From IMG/VR virus record IMGVR_UViG_3300025137_005088, positions 3,066 through 67,065 of that record: a DNA stretch of 64,000 nucleotides. The stretch is one strand, 5' to 3'. The notes beneath the pieces were generated by a model. That model was not told the origin of the DNA. It saw only the letters and a list, made by a program, of their open reading frames with translations, and searched no databases. Both the position numbers and the translations under genes were made by a program. Source of the stretch: a virus. Of this stretch, positions 18,135 through 27,979 are shown one piece after another. Position 1 is the stretch's first letter, and the number at the start of each line of letters is the position of its first letter.

Positions 18135-19138
18135 AATAGTTTCTCAAATTGATCCTTCGGTAATGTTGTTAACCTGATAGCTGTACTACTATATTCAGGT
18201 TGCTTACCATACAGTATCTTTTGAGAATCTAATCTATTGATTATATCTTCTGTTGGTTCAAATACAACATGATTAATAGTTGGCTCGCTATATATTTTAC
18301 AATTACTAAAATATTTATGTGCGAACTCAATACCTTCTCTGTTGCGTTGCAAACTCTTATCTACTATATAATGATGTTTATGTAAGTACTCAGCTAATCT
18401 AAGCGTTATACTACTAACACCCATTATGGGTCTAATCTTTGTTATTTGTTCTATAGTATTTTTATGACCTTGAAGTATACCTAATCTAGCACCCGCAAGT
18501 CCCCAACTTTTACTGTAGCTAAATGCCAACAGACAGTTTTCGTATTTGCACAGATCAAAATAACTTTCTGTACAAAAGTGTCTATATGTGTTATCAATAA
18601 GCACAGTCATATTTGGATATGCTCCGCAAATATAATCTATAAATTTTGCACTGTATACTTTACCACTTGGATTATTTGGACTACAAATATAAAATACATT
18701 AGGTCTATGTTTTTCGATAGCTTCTAATATGTCATCTTCATTTTCACTGCATTCAAAAATATTACTTGTAAGATCTACTGCATTAGTCATAGCACCTCTG
18801 TACGTGGGTGTAATAGTTAAAAACTTGCTAGTTTCATCTAGTGTAGCTTCAAATGTTAATCGTATAGCTTCGTCACATCCACAAGTAATTAATATGTTAT
18901 CTAATGTAGTGTTGTAATAATCTGCAAACATTTCATAATAACGATAGTAATCTTCATACTTCATTGAGCTAGACAAATCTAAAAAATGTTTTATAGCTTT
19001 TTGTATATGACCACACAATACTTCGTCTTGATTTTCGTTTCTATCTAAATTAATATACCCAGCTTCAATTTTTTCTACTCTGTTTACTAATCCGCTCCAA
19101 TGTGGTCTATTAAGTTTTTTAATACTATCTCTAATCAT
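18113..19138 (-). CDS. PLP-dependent aminotransferase class I/II (HisC/CobD-like)
   Basis: GCDEAI, CSPNNPSG, IDNTY, SYSKSWGLAGARLG; start moved to ATG 19138 (track gives 19213). Confidence 0.88.
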   Translation of the reverse strand: MIRDSIKKLNRPHWSGLVNRVEKIEAGYINLDRNENQDEVLCGHIQKAIKHFLDLSSSMKYEDYYRYYEMFADYYNTTLDNILITCGCDEAIRLTFEATLDETSKFLTITPTYRGAMTNAVDLTSNIFECSENEDDILEAIEKHRPNVFYICSPNNPSGKVYSAKFIDYICGAYPNMTVLIDNTYRHFCTESYFDLCKYENCLLAFSYSKSWGLAGARLGILQGHKNTIEQITKIRPIMGVSSITLRLAEYLHKHHYIVDKSLQRNREGIEFAHKYFSNCKIYSEPTINHVVFEPTEDIINRLDSQKILYGKQPEYSSTAIRLTTLPKDQFEKLLCLNTYN

Positions 19139-20522
19139 TAAACACAACCTCAGCCTCAGCTTTTTGCTCTTCAGTTCTTTCAAAATAATATTTGTGTTCA
19201 ATGTCTCTACCATAGATAGGATAGTAAAAAATATCTTTGTCTTTAGGTATTATGTTTTGTACTTTTTCAGCAAAAGGTGTATCTTCAAAACTCATACACT
19301 TAACATTGATTTGATCTTGTGGATAGTCTTCAACAAGATTGCTAACCTTTTGCAACACTTTATCTATTGTAAACTCTACATGAAAACTAAATTCCAAGAA
19401 CACACCTTTGTCTAATAGGTCTCTATATTTTTTCTCACCGCCTGTGCCGTTTGTGCTTATTCTAGTTTCATATCCTTTTTCAAACGCTATATCTACCAGG
19501 TCTGCTATCTGTGGATTAAGTGTTGGTTCTCCTCCGGTAATATAAAGTCTTCGACTGGGCTTTTTAGGAACATAAGGATCAACTAAAGTTAATCCATGTG
19601 TAAACTCGTCTGTGGTCATGTGTGGGCTTGCATTATCATGTACACCATTTAGCAACTTGCCTGTGTCATCAAAAGTTGGTCCAGGACAATATGCACAATC
19701 ATAATTGCAACGTAATCCAATATGAAAATGTACTTCAGCCATTGGCATTGCCATACCTCTACCCATTGCTACAATATTATCATCTGCTTTTGAAATTGGT
19801 AATTCTTCTAACTGCCAATGATTAAACTGTTTGTTTGTAACAAAATATTCTAACAATTCTTCTGTTTTTGCTTTTGGTTGTAGCAAGTCAGCATCACAAA
19901 AACATGCTTTGGTTTTACATAAAGTTTCTGTATTAAGTTCTAACTTGTCATAATCTTTCCAATGACCATCGTGACTTGCAATATGTCTCACATTTGCACA
20001 AACACCACTACAAATTTCACCAACTGGATTAATACTAAAGTTGGTTTTGTATATAGGACAATGCCAGCCTCTCATATCCATTTGACGCATTTTTAAGGCT
20101 ACCATGCTTATGCGTTTGTATTCCATTTTGTCTGTTAATACATAAACTGGATTCTCAACATACACAGGTTTTTTATAACCAATACTGCCATCATCTCGTA
20201 TTAGTATGCCAGTATCGTCTGTACCAATCCATACATTGCCATTCATATTTCTTGTTACAAGTTGTTCAACAATTTGTCCATCTTCATAACGGTTAATATT
20301 ACGAGTAACTTTGCTTATGGCATAACCATGTAGTTTGTCGTCTTTATACTGTCCTGCATATGTTTTGTCAATACCTAATCCTTTGCGTTTACCATCAGTA
20401 TATTCAGCAACTGAATCTTCCATCTCGCCTGGACCGGAGTAACCATTTCTCAGCATTTTTTTAGTTACTTTCATGGTACTCGCTTCCTTGTCTAAAAAAA
20501 TCATAATCTGGATATTCTCCAA
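19131..20522 (-). CDS. MORN-like repeat + twitch + radical SAM protein; probable start 20474
   Basis: EYTDGKRKGLG and YAGQYKDDKLHGY; WHC...CKTKACFC; then CNYDCAYC, ITGGEP, STNG, SFHVE. Confidence 0.85.
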   Translation of the reverse strand: MENIQIMIFLDKEASTMKVTKKMLRNGYSGPGEMEDSVAEYTDGKRKGLGIDKTYAGQYKDDKLHGYAISKVTRNINRYEDGQIVEQLVTRNMNGNVWIGTDDTGILIRDDGSIGYKKPVYVENPVYVLTDKMEYKRISMVALKMRQMDMRGWHCPIYKTNFSINPVGEICSGVCANVRHIASHDGHWKDYDKLELNTETLCKTKACFCDADLLQPKAKTEELLEYFVTNKQFNHWQLEELPISKADDNIVAMGRGMAMPMAEVHFHIGLRCNYDCAYCPGPTFDDTGKLLNGVHDNASPHMTTDEFTHGLTLVDPYVPKKPSRRLYITGGEPTLNPQIADLVDIAFEKGYETRISTNGTGGEKKYRDLLDKGVFLEFSFHVEFTIDKVLQKVSNLVEDYPQDQINVKCMSFEDTPFAEKVQNIIPKDKDIFYYPIYGRDIEHKYYFERTEEQKAEAEVVFND

Positions 20523-21126
20523 CTTGAGACATTATAAAATCTTGTTTTCTAAAAACTAAATCAACTTGATGTAAGGCACCATGTTCGTAATCCATGTTTA
20601 CAATATCCCACAGTTTAAATCCGATGTGTTCAATATCAGATATAAGCTCACCCATATATGGTAGTTGTGCTTCTACTATCATTAAATCAAACTGACAACA
20701 GGTAGCAACACCACCTCGTATTATGTCCAGTTCGTATCCGTCAACATCAATTTTAACCAGACTGTTCCCGCCACGCCATCTAGGAGTTATATCTAAACTA
20801 TCCAGTGTTGTTATTTTACTTGTATACCCAAAGGCTTTACCTTCATGTACTAAATTTAAATCTATATTTTCTTTTATTTGATTTCCTAGTGCTACATTTA
20901 TAAGTTCGTAGCTGTATTTTTTATAGTTTTCGTGTATCTCATCATTATGATTTACGTCAGGTTCGATTAATACATGATGTGCTTTTGGAAAACTAAATTG
21001 TAACCAAGGAGTGCCTGTGTGTACTCCAATGTCTAGTATATATTTTATGTCATACCCGCTTTGTTTTAAAAATTGTAAGCTATCTTTTATTCTGGGAATA
21101 CGATGTTTAATCATTGCCAACCTCAT
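20461..21126 (-). CDS. FkbM-family methyltransferase
   Basis: ILDIGVHTG, LIEP, NVALG, VKIDVDGYE, QVDLVF. Confidence 0.88.
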   Translation of the reverse strand: MRLAMIKHRIPRIKDSLQFLKQSGYDIKYILDIGVHTGTPWLQFSFPKAHHVLIEPDVNHNDEIHENYKKYSYELINVALGNQIKENIDLNLVHEGKAFGYTSKITTLDSLDITPRWRGGNSLVKIDVDGYELDIIRGGVATCCQFDLMIVEAQLPYMGELISDIEHIGFKLWDIVNMDYEHGALHQVDLVFRKQDFIMSQVGEYPDYDFFRQGSEYHESN

Positions 21127-22540
21127 ATAGTCCTAATTCGCCAGCTTCGAAGTTTTTAGGCTGTGGCGACCATACTCCTATTAGTGCGTTTTTATATTCC
21201 CAATAGCTTTGTGGACGCATATCCCACACTCGCCAATTACCGTTTCTAGCAATACCCAACTGTGTTTGATCTAATGTTTCATGAGACAATATGTCAGGAG
21301 TGCAACACATTTCTTCACTAACTAAAATACCTCTATCTGGGTGCATTAGATTCTTCACAGCATGTAGTTTTTTCCATGCAGTAGTTCCGTGTGTTGCATC
21401 ATGTATTGCAAAATCTACTGGACCATACTTGTCCATTAATTGTTTACAAGTGTCAGGTTTATAGCAATCTACACCAAGCTCTAGTTTTACTCCTTCAATT
21501 TTGCTAGCAATTTTTAGATCTTCTACTTGCTGTCGCCCTAGTGCATCTTCAGGTATACTGGTTGGTGTTAGCTTATCAACTCCAATTATAGTTGCTTGAG
21601 GGAATAGTTTTTGTAAAAATTGTAAGTGTTCTCCTCTACCAATACCAAGTTCAACAATAGTATAATTTTCATCTAATCCAAATATTTTATTTGTCCTTTT
21701 GAGATGTTTAACTATTAAATCATATATTGCACAGTATCTTCTTTTCATTCTACGTTCAACACTTCTAGTAGGATTGTCTATCATATCAAATGCAATGCTA
21801 CTGTATGTTTCAAAGTCTACCGGAGTACCTAATAAGAAATTGCTTTCGTAATCACCTTGTCCTAGCTGTTTTACCTGAGTCCTTCCGTGTGGTCTGCCAC
21901 TTAAAAAATGTCCACTTGCAGTTCTAATCCAATCACCATAGTGTGTTGTATCTCTTTTTCCTTGTACAAAGTTATATGGCGGCACATGTTTAGTTTCAGT
22001 AACAAAGTTTTTTTCTTCATGCCTAGTTACATTAAACCCTTGCTCGTCTTTATAAGTTGTTGTTTTACCGCCTACTGCATTTACTATTGTACCATCTTCT
22101 AGTGTTCTACACCCTAGTCCATCTATGTTTGCTTCTTCTAATCCACAAGGCACATCATTTAGATACCATTGTCCTTCTCTTGGTTCGGCAATCATTCCAT
22201 CTACACGACCTATAAATTTTACGCCTTTATGTACAGTTTCAAGTATGCCATATCCACAAGGTTTATTATTACTGAACTGTCCATAATACCTAGCACCAGT
22301 GGGCCATACATGCACACCAAACCCTTGTTTTTTATCCAACAAGTTTTGCCCTATATAAGTTTCGCCATGATCCCATTCTTTAGCGGACATGCCGGTAACT
22401 TTATTGTAATCAAACTCAGCCGCACACTTTCCTGTTAATGGCAGATTATAAAATCCTAAGCCATGTTCAAACTGTGTTCCGTGTCGGTCTTGTACGACTT
22501 GTCCAATATATGTTCTGGGTGGCTTATAGTAGTCCCTCAT
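21107..22540 (-). CDS. MORN-repeat + class I SAM methyltransferase fusion
   Basis: YIGQNLLDKKQGFGVHVWPTGARYYGQFSNNKPCGYG; C-terminal VELGIGRG, IIGVD, DFAIHDATH. Confidence 0.8.
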   Translation of the reverse strand: MRDYYKPPRTYIGQVVQDRHGTQFEHGLGFYNLPLTGKCAAEFDYNKVTGMSAKEWDHGETYIGQNLLDKKQGFGVHVWPTGARYYGQFSNNKPCGYGILETVHKGVKFIGRVDGMIAEPREGQWYLNDVPCGLEEANIDGLGCRTLEDGTIVNAVGGKTTTYKDEQGFNVTRHEEKNFVTETKHVPPYNFVQGKRDTTHYGDWIRTASGHFLSGRPHGRTQVKQLGQGDYESNFLLGTPVDFETYSSIAFDMIDNPTRSVERRMKRRYCAIYDLIVKHLKRTNKIFGLDENYTIVELGIGRGEHLQFLQKLFPQATIIGVDKLTPTSIPEDALGRQQVEDLKIASKIEGVKLELGVDCYKPDTCKQLMDKYGPVDFAIHDATHGTTAWKKLHAVKNLMHPDRGILVSEEMCCTPDILSHETLDQTQLGIARNGNWRVWDMRPQSYWEYKNALIGVWSPQPKNFEAGELGLYEVGND

Positions 22541-23283
22541 GCAAACTTTTCCTTGCAGTAATCGTAGAACTCTATATCCTTTGTTGTTGTTTCTTTCACT
22601 AGCTGTTTCTCGATGTTTGTTAGTTCCTCATAATTTAGATAGTCAATACCATGTTGACTTAAATTAAACTTTGTATTATGCTCATAGCTAATACTTAGAT
22701 TGGGTTTTATATCATATTGCTTGGCTACTTTGTCAAACTGTTTTAAGTAATTATCCTCCATAAAAAACATGTGATCTAGTTTTTGTATATTCTCAATAGC
22801 TTGATCATATAGTTCTTGTTCATAATCGGTATCAATTTTCCTTCCGTAATCAATACGCAAACACTGTTCATTACTAAACTTCTGATATTGTGCATACACA
22901 GGAGTTGGATGTAATCTACTACAATTAATAATCCAAGTTGTAAAGTCAATATCAGTAATACAACTATGCACATTAATCATTTCTAATTTGAAATAATTAT
23001 ATGCACTCATGATCCTTTTGATAGGATCTCTAAGTATAGTAGCATACTTTACAGAATTTTGCAAGTGTTTATCTAAGTCAAAGCTAACACCATGTCCAAT
23101 TATCAAACGAACATTTTCATCTTTACAGTTTTCTATTAGAACTTTATGTTGATTGGATTGTTTAAAGTTAAACACCAACTCATGTGGAACACGCTGATAG
23201 GCAAATGTACTATTTGTTCTATACCTGTCTACTAGTGTGGTTCCTCCATTTTTAAGTATGTGAAATACTGCTAGTGTTTCCAT
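22537..23283 (-). CDS. sulfotransferase (family 2-like)
   Basis: 5'-PSB FHILKNGGTT; 3'-PB LRDPIKRIMSAYNY; C-terminal DIEFY. Confidence 0.82.
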   Translation of the reverse strand: METLAVFHILKNGGTTLVDRYRTNSTFAYQRVPHELVFNFKQSNQHKVLIENCKDENVRLIIGHGVSFDLDKHLQNSVKYATILRDPIKRIMSAYNYFKLEMINVHSCITDIDFTTWIINCSRLHPTPVYAQYQKFSNEQCLRIDYGRKIDTDYEQELYDQAIENIQKLDHMFFMEDNYLKQFDKVAKQYDIKPNLSISYEHNTKFNLSQHGIDYLNYEELTNIEKQLVKETTTKDIEFYDYCKEKFA

Positions 23284-24104
23284 TTATCTTCACACCTCTT
23301 ATAAAATTCTATGTCTGCTTGCAAATCTAATTCAACAAGATATTTTAAGTCTTCGTCTAATTCATGATACTTAACATACGCTAAATTGTGTTTGCTTAAA
23401 TCATGTGTTGTTTCATTTGTATAGACCATTTCTTTCCATGCATTTAAGTCTAGTCTATAGTGTGCTAGTAAATCATCAAACCTAGTAACAATATCGTCTT
23501 CTTGAAAAAATACATGATCCATTTTGTTCATTACTCGTTCCCAAGTGATATTCATATTGTGTGTTTCTATTAGATTTTTTTCTTTTATCTTTTGTTGTAT
23601 TTTTGTATTGTCAACATAGCTTGTGTCTTTTTCAACGTCCCATGTAAGCACTGTGTTTAGATACATATCGTTCATTGTAAACATGTTTTTCAATGTTCCA
23701 TCATTAAACCAATCGGTATGATCTACATGTTGATACAAATAGTATTCGTACTGCTTTGTAACTGGCATCGGACGTAGCACATCTTTGTTTATGAACCACA
23801 TATAAAAATCAATATCAGGACTGTCTGGATTCATATAAAGCATTTGTGTACGATAAAAATTATACATGCTCATTATTCTACTGATAGGATCTCTAACACA
23901 AGTAATGTAAATTAAGTTGCTAGCGAGCTGTTCTTCGTAGTATCCTATTTGTACACTGTGTCCGAAAACAACTTTGGATTTGTCTGTAACTGTATCACCA
24001 AGGTCAGTGATTCTGAAACTATCGTTACTATTCCTGTATCTTTCTTTAAGTGTTGTTCCGCCTGTTTTAGGACAATGAGGAAAGATGATAATATTACTTG
24101 TCAT
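23271..24104 (-). CDS. sulfotransferase (family 2-like)
   Basis: HCPKTGGTT; VRDPISRIMSMYNF; DIEFY; paralogue of 22537..23283. Confidence 0.85.
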   Translation of the reverse strand: MTSNIIIFPHCPKTGGTTLKERYRNSNDSFRITDLGDTVTDKSKVVFGHSVQIGYYEEQLASNLIYITCVRDPISRIMSMYNFYRTQMLYMNPDSPDIDFYMWFINKDVLRPMPVTKQYEYYLYQHVDHTDWFNDGTLKNMFTMNDMYLNTVLTWDVEKDTSYVDNTKIQQKIKEKNLIETHNMNITWERVMNKMDHVFFQEDDIVTRFDDLLAHYRLDLNAWKEMVYTNETTHDLSKHNLAYVKYHELDEDLKYLVELDLQADIEFYKRCEDKWKH

Positions 24105-24654
24105 TGTACGTTCCAGTCTGAATTTTTCTTTTACACTTTCTTAAAAAATTGTAATCTATGCTGTTGGCTACTTGATAGTCTCCTCGTAGTGCAGTATCTA
24201 GTTCATTGCTTTCAAATCTAGTGTTAAAATTTATAGTTTTACAATCTGTTTTTAAATACTTGCTAAGTTTCTCTGCAAGAAAGTCTAAAGTAAAATCTTT
24301 ATGATTCATAACTTGTTCTTTTGGGTAAAGCGATCCTTTAGTAGGGTTCCATGTGATATAATTAATAAACCCTATAAATTTGTAATTTTTTTCTACTAGT
24401 TCTTTAGTTTCGCTAGTGTGTATATCTAAACTTTTGGTAATTATATTTCTTTCTTCAAACACTAACTCTTCAAAAGTTTTTCCTTTTGAATCACCATCAC
24501 TATCTAAAAAATCCATTGTTTGTTCTATAGCTCTGTCAAATGGATCTCTTAATATTAAAATGTCAGCATTCTCTGTTACTAGCTCTAAGTTGTATATGTT
24601 AGCAATCTGTTCATGCCAGCAGTTTGGAATATAGTGTAATTTATTCATACTCAT
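24094..24654 (-). CDS. divergent sulfotransferase-like protein
   Basis: ILRDPFDRAIE and ANSIDY resemble the neighbours; the 5'-PSB lysine motif is absent. Confidence 0.5.
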   Translation of the reverse strand: MSMNKLHYIPNCWHEQIANIYNLELVTENADILILRDPFDRAIEQTMDFLDSDGDSKGKTFEELVFEERNIITKSLDIHTSETKELVEKNYKFIGFINYITWNPTKGSLYPKEQVMNHKDFTLDFLAEKLSKYLKTDCKTINFNTRFESNELDTALRGDYQVANSIDYNFLRKCKRKIQTGTYNDK

Positions 24655-25688
24655 ACAGCTACCGCTTCTTTAAACTTGCTTAAAATCAAATCAGTATTGC
24701 AAAAACAACTTGTCTTTTCACATGTGTATGCATAAGCAGGCATTCTAAAAGTCTTAAGGTTCTCTATATGTCCAAGCCACCTTATAGTTCCATTCTCATC
24801 TTTACCTTCAGGTAAACATGCGGCTCCACTAATATATCCAAGTTCATTAACAAACAAACCATCTATACCAGCATTACACTTCCATCCTCTGAATTGATTT
24901 TTCTTTGCACTGTACAGTCCATTTGTATCTAATATAGTTTCTTCTTTGTATCTACCATCAGCCATTTTGTAAACCGCTGTAGCATCAATCGGCATACTGT
25001 ATTGTTCGAAGCTAACATCTGGATTAGCAGTTTTTCTTTTGAATGCCAATTTCTCATCAATCTTTTCTTGTTGTTCTTTTGTATATACATGTGGTCTTTC
25101 TTTTTCAGTTAACCAATCTGCAACAATAGGAACTTTCTCAACAAAAAACTGTCCCATGTATGGTTGTGTCTTTAGCATTTCAAAAAACTCAATACACTTA
25201 TCAAAGTATACTTGTTGTGGATGCATCATAATACGCACTCCTAACAGTGTATAAGGCCATAGTGTATCAATAACTTTAACACAATGTTTTAAACTTGTTT
25301 TTTCACTATGAAAGCTAAAACTTATCCAACGAAAACTTTCCTTGTGTTTTTCCCAAAACTTAAGACTTTTACTTCCGTTTGTAGTCAATCCGACCTGCAC
25401 ATTTTCTTCTACTAACCAAGTTAAGAAATCATCAAACACAGGTAATGCGGTAGGCTCGCCTCCTGTAAAACTTATTACAAGTTCTTCATCCTCATTGAGA
25501 TAGCTTTTAATCTTAATTACAAATTCTTTGTATACTTCCAAGTCAAAAGCAGGACTACTACCTTCGTAGTTGTAAGGGTGGCAGTATGCACAACTGAAGT
25601 TACACTTGTTGGTCAAGTTCCAGTTTATATGAAAGTATTTGTTATACTTTTGCTTAATCTCTATAAGCTCTGCACTATCCGACAGCAT
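24651..25688 (-). CDS. radical SAM protein with C-terminal twitch/SPASM-like domain
   Basis: CNFSCAYC, FTGGEP, TTNGS, SFHSE; WKCNAG...AC...CEKTSCFC; same architecture as 466..1440. Confidence 0.9.
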   Translation of the reverse strand: MLSDSAELIEIKQKYNKYFHINWNLTNKCNFSCAYCHPYNYEGSSPAFDLEVYKEFVIKIKSYLNEDEELVISFTGGEPTALPVFDDFLTWLVEENVQVGLTTNGSKSLKFWEKHKESFRWISFSFHSEKTSLKHCVKVIDTLWPYTLLGVRIMMHPQQVYFDKCIEFFEMLKTQPYMGQFFVEKVPIVADWLTEKERPHVYTKEQQEKIDEKLAFKRKTANPDVSFEQYSMPIDATAVYKMADGRYKEETILDTNGLYSAKKNQFRGWKCNAGIDGLFVNELGYISGAACLPEGKDENGTIRWLGHIENLKTFRMPAYAYTCEKTSCFCNTDLILSKFKEAVAV

Positions 25689-26691
25689 CTACTGTTTTCC
25701 CCTCAGTAAGTTTATAACCAATTGCCTGATTAAATTCTGGATCTGGTACTACGTCAAAACTTCCAACTTTCAGCATTCCCCAAGTTAGCATATCAAATCT
25801 ATTTCGAGTATCAGTCTTTTTAATCTTATAACCGCCCCAGTAGTTGTCTAAACTGTGATTTAAATGATCTAATGCTTCTTCATGTGTTCTCCGATCACCA
25901 CACCAAAACATTAGTTCACCTGCATAACAACATTGTTGTTCTACTAAATCAAAACTACTACTTGTCATTTTTATTGCATTGTACTCATTATCGTCATACA
26001 TTTCAATCATTATGTTATCGTAGTCATACCCAATTTGTGTAGGATATAAAAATATTTCACCTGGATTTCGTTCCATACTAAAACGATCAACCCATTCATC
26101 ATCTAAGTAATGAAACTGATGATTAAACTTTAATCCAAAGTTTTGTAAGTTTGTTTCCTGTGTAACAGTTGTGGTTACATCTCTTAATACTTTAAGTGAA
26201 TGAAAAATATGAACTAACTTTTCAATATGTCTTGTGATTCCTTGGTCATTAAGTACGCGATAGATTAGTATACATTGTGTTTGCATTGGATTAATAATGT
26301 CTTGATGTACTATTAGTCCCCATTGGTGATCTATTTTTCCTGCATCCATTTTATACCAATCTTGTAATGGGACGATCTTTTCTAATGTATTTTCAATTTG
26401 AGTAAATGCCTGTCCATTACTCATTACTGTATGTCCTAAAATTTCACTCAATGGAATGTTAGCAGTGTTATATCCATCGGCAATTTTATTCCATTCTTCT
26501 ATTTTATCATTTAGAATAGGAACGATTTGATATAATCTTTCTAATGCGTGGTGTTTATGATACACATTCCAATGCGTTACTTCCGGAACTCCAACAATAT
26601 CCAACCCTAAATTAAACCAGTCTGCAAATATATCGCATTTGATTAGTTGGTTTTCTTTTTTATCGTTTTGCAATTTAAATTCAAACTTCAT
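25675..26691 (-). CDS. hypothetical protein
   Basis: Long ORF; start moved to ATG 26691 (MKFEFK) to avoid a 128-nt overlap; no family recognised. Confidence 0.7.
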   Translation of the reverse strand: MKFEFKLQNDKKENQLIKCDIFADWFNLGLDIVGVPEVTHWNVYHKHHALERLYQIVPILNDKIEEWNKIADGYNTANIPLSEILGHTVMSNGQAFTQIENTLEKIVPLQDWYKMDAGKIDHQWGLIVHQDIINPMQTQCILIYRVLNDQGITRHIEKLVHIFHSLKVLRDVTTTVTQETNLQNFGLKFNHQFHYLDDEWVDRFSMERNPGEIFLYPTQIGYDYDNIMIEMYDDNEYNAIKMTSSSFDLVEQQCCYAGELMFWCGDRRTHEEALDHLNHSLDNYWGGYKIKKTDTRNRFDMLTWGMLKVGSFDVVPDPEFNQAIGYKLTEGKTVDAVG

Positions 26692-27979
26692 ACTTGTTCC
26701 ATATTTTATAAAGCTCTGCAAAGTCAGAATTAAAATCTGTCTTACGCATTTTATCAATACTGCGAATGTACTTGTTGAGGGGAAGCCACTTGTCGCTCCA
26801 GTCCTCACTGTTCATAAAGTTTGTCATGTGCTTTAATTCTTGCACTTTATTCTTCTCTGGATACTTCAACATGAAGTTATCAATTTTTTCTGTAACAATC
26901 TGTTTCATTTCTTTAGGTAATACTTTAGCACACATGTACTGTGGATAGTGTAACACACCAGGATGAAACATTCCTTGGTGATCATGTATTCCAATTTTTT
27001 TATAGTTTTGGTCAAACAAAAACTGTGCAAAGTCTGGCAAATACCAAATGTTTAATGCACTTACAGTACATAATACTTTACCAACAATATGGTCAGCCGC
27101 GTTTTCTACTTTGTCTAGTGTTTCGTGTACAGTTTGCCAATTAGTTGGATAGCGTAACCATTTGTTCATTTCGCCTATTCCGTCTATACTAAGCATAAGT
27201 TCTACAAACTTAAAGTGACCCCACAGTTCTAATATATCATCTGGCATAATAGTACCGTTGGTATGATAGCGTAGTTCTATATGTTCAGCATGTCCACTTT
27301 CGACACATTTCTTTAAGAAACGTTTATGGTTCTTTAAGTATAAAGGCTCGCCTCCTGCAAATATAAAGTGACGCATGCCAGCTAACAAAGGATCTATCTC
27401 TTGTTCCCAAAACTCGTCATCAGCGGCCCAGTCATATTTGTTGTTGCAATGGTCTTGTATTTTCCAATCCCAGTCACCTTTTACTTCAGGATTGTCGTGA
27501 CTTAGGTCTCTGATCTTTTCTGCATCTTTGACCCACTTACTTGAATCAGTTGGTCTACACATTACACACTGTACGTTACAAGTATTACCTAAACGTAAGT
27601 CTAATGTAATCACATCTTGGTCTAAGTATCCGTCTTCTTTAGTGCTTGTAATTAGTTCGTCAATATATTCTCTGCCAAGTTTTTTAGCCCATAAATTGTT
27701 TTCATTCATTCTGTGACTGCGTATGCCAGCCGCTTCTTCTTTCCAACAATGCTTACAAGCAGGCAATGCTTTACCAGCTATCATATCTTTTCTAGCATTT
27801 TTGAAATAGTAACTATTCCATACTGCATTTATATCAGCATTGTTTAAGTTAATACGTTTATCTTGTGTAGGCTGAGCTAGACAGCAAAGCAAGGCTGTGC
27901 CGTCTGTATAAGTTGCCATGTGCATCCATGGAAGAATACAAAATTTCTTTCCATAGTCTTCTAAAAAATCTTGTGCCAT
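26681..27979 (-). CDS. N-terminal twitch-domain radical SAM protein
   Basis: FCILPWMH...LLCC...ACKHCW, GNTCNVQCVMC, FAGGEP, HTNGT. Confidence 0.92.
   Translation of the reverse strand: MAQDFLEDYGKKFCILPWMHMATYTDGTALLCCLAQPTQDKRINLNNADINAVWNSYYFKNARKDMIAGKALPACKHCWKEEAAGIRSHRMNENNLWAKKLGREYIDELITSTKEDGYLDQDVITLDLRLGNTCNVQCVMCRPTDSSKWVKDAEKIRDLSHDNPEVKGDWDWKIQDHCNNKYDWAADDEFWEQEIDPLLAGMRHFIFAGGEPLYLKNHKRFLKKCVESGHAEHIELRYHTNGTIMPDDILELWGHFKFVELMLSIDGIGEMNKWLRYPTNWQTVHETLDKVENAADHIVGKVLCTVSALNIWYLPDFAQFLFDQNYKKIGIHDHQGMFHPGVLHYPQYMCAKVLPKEMKQIVTEKIDNFMLKYPEKNKVQELKHMTNFMNSEDWSDKWLPLNKYIRSIDKMRKTDFNSDFAELYKIWNKYEV

Noticed and set aside
25675-26808. Long gene overlaps implied by track starts (26808, 19213, 20522, 36263, 11326)
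   Set aside because: Downstream ATG/GTG starts with an RBS or short coupling overlaps explain them without real dual coding.
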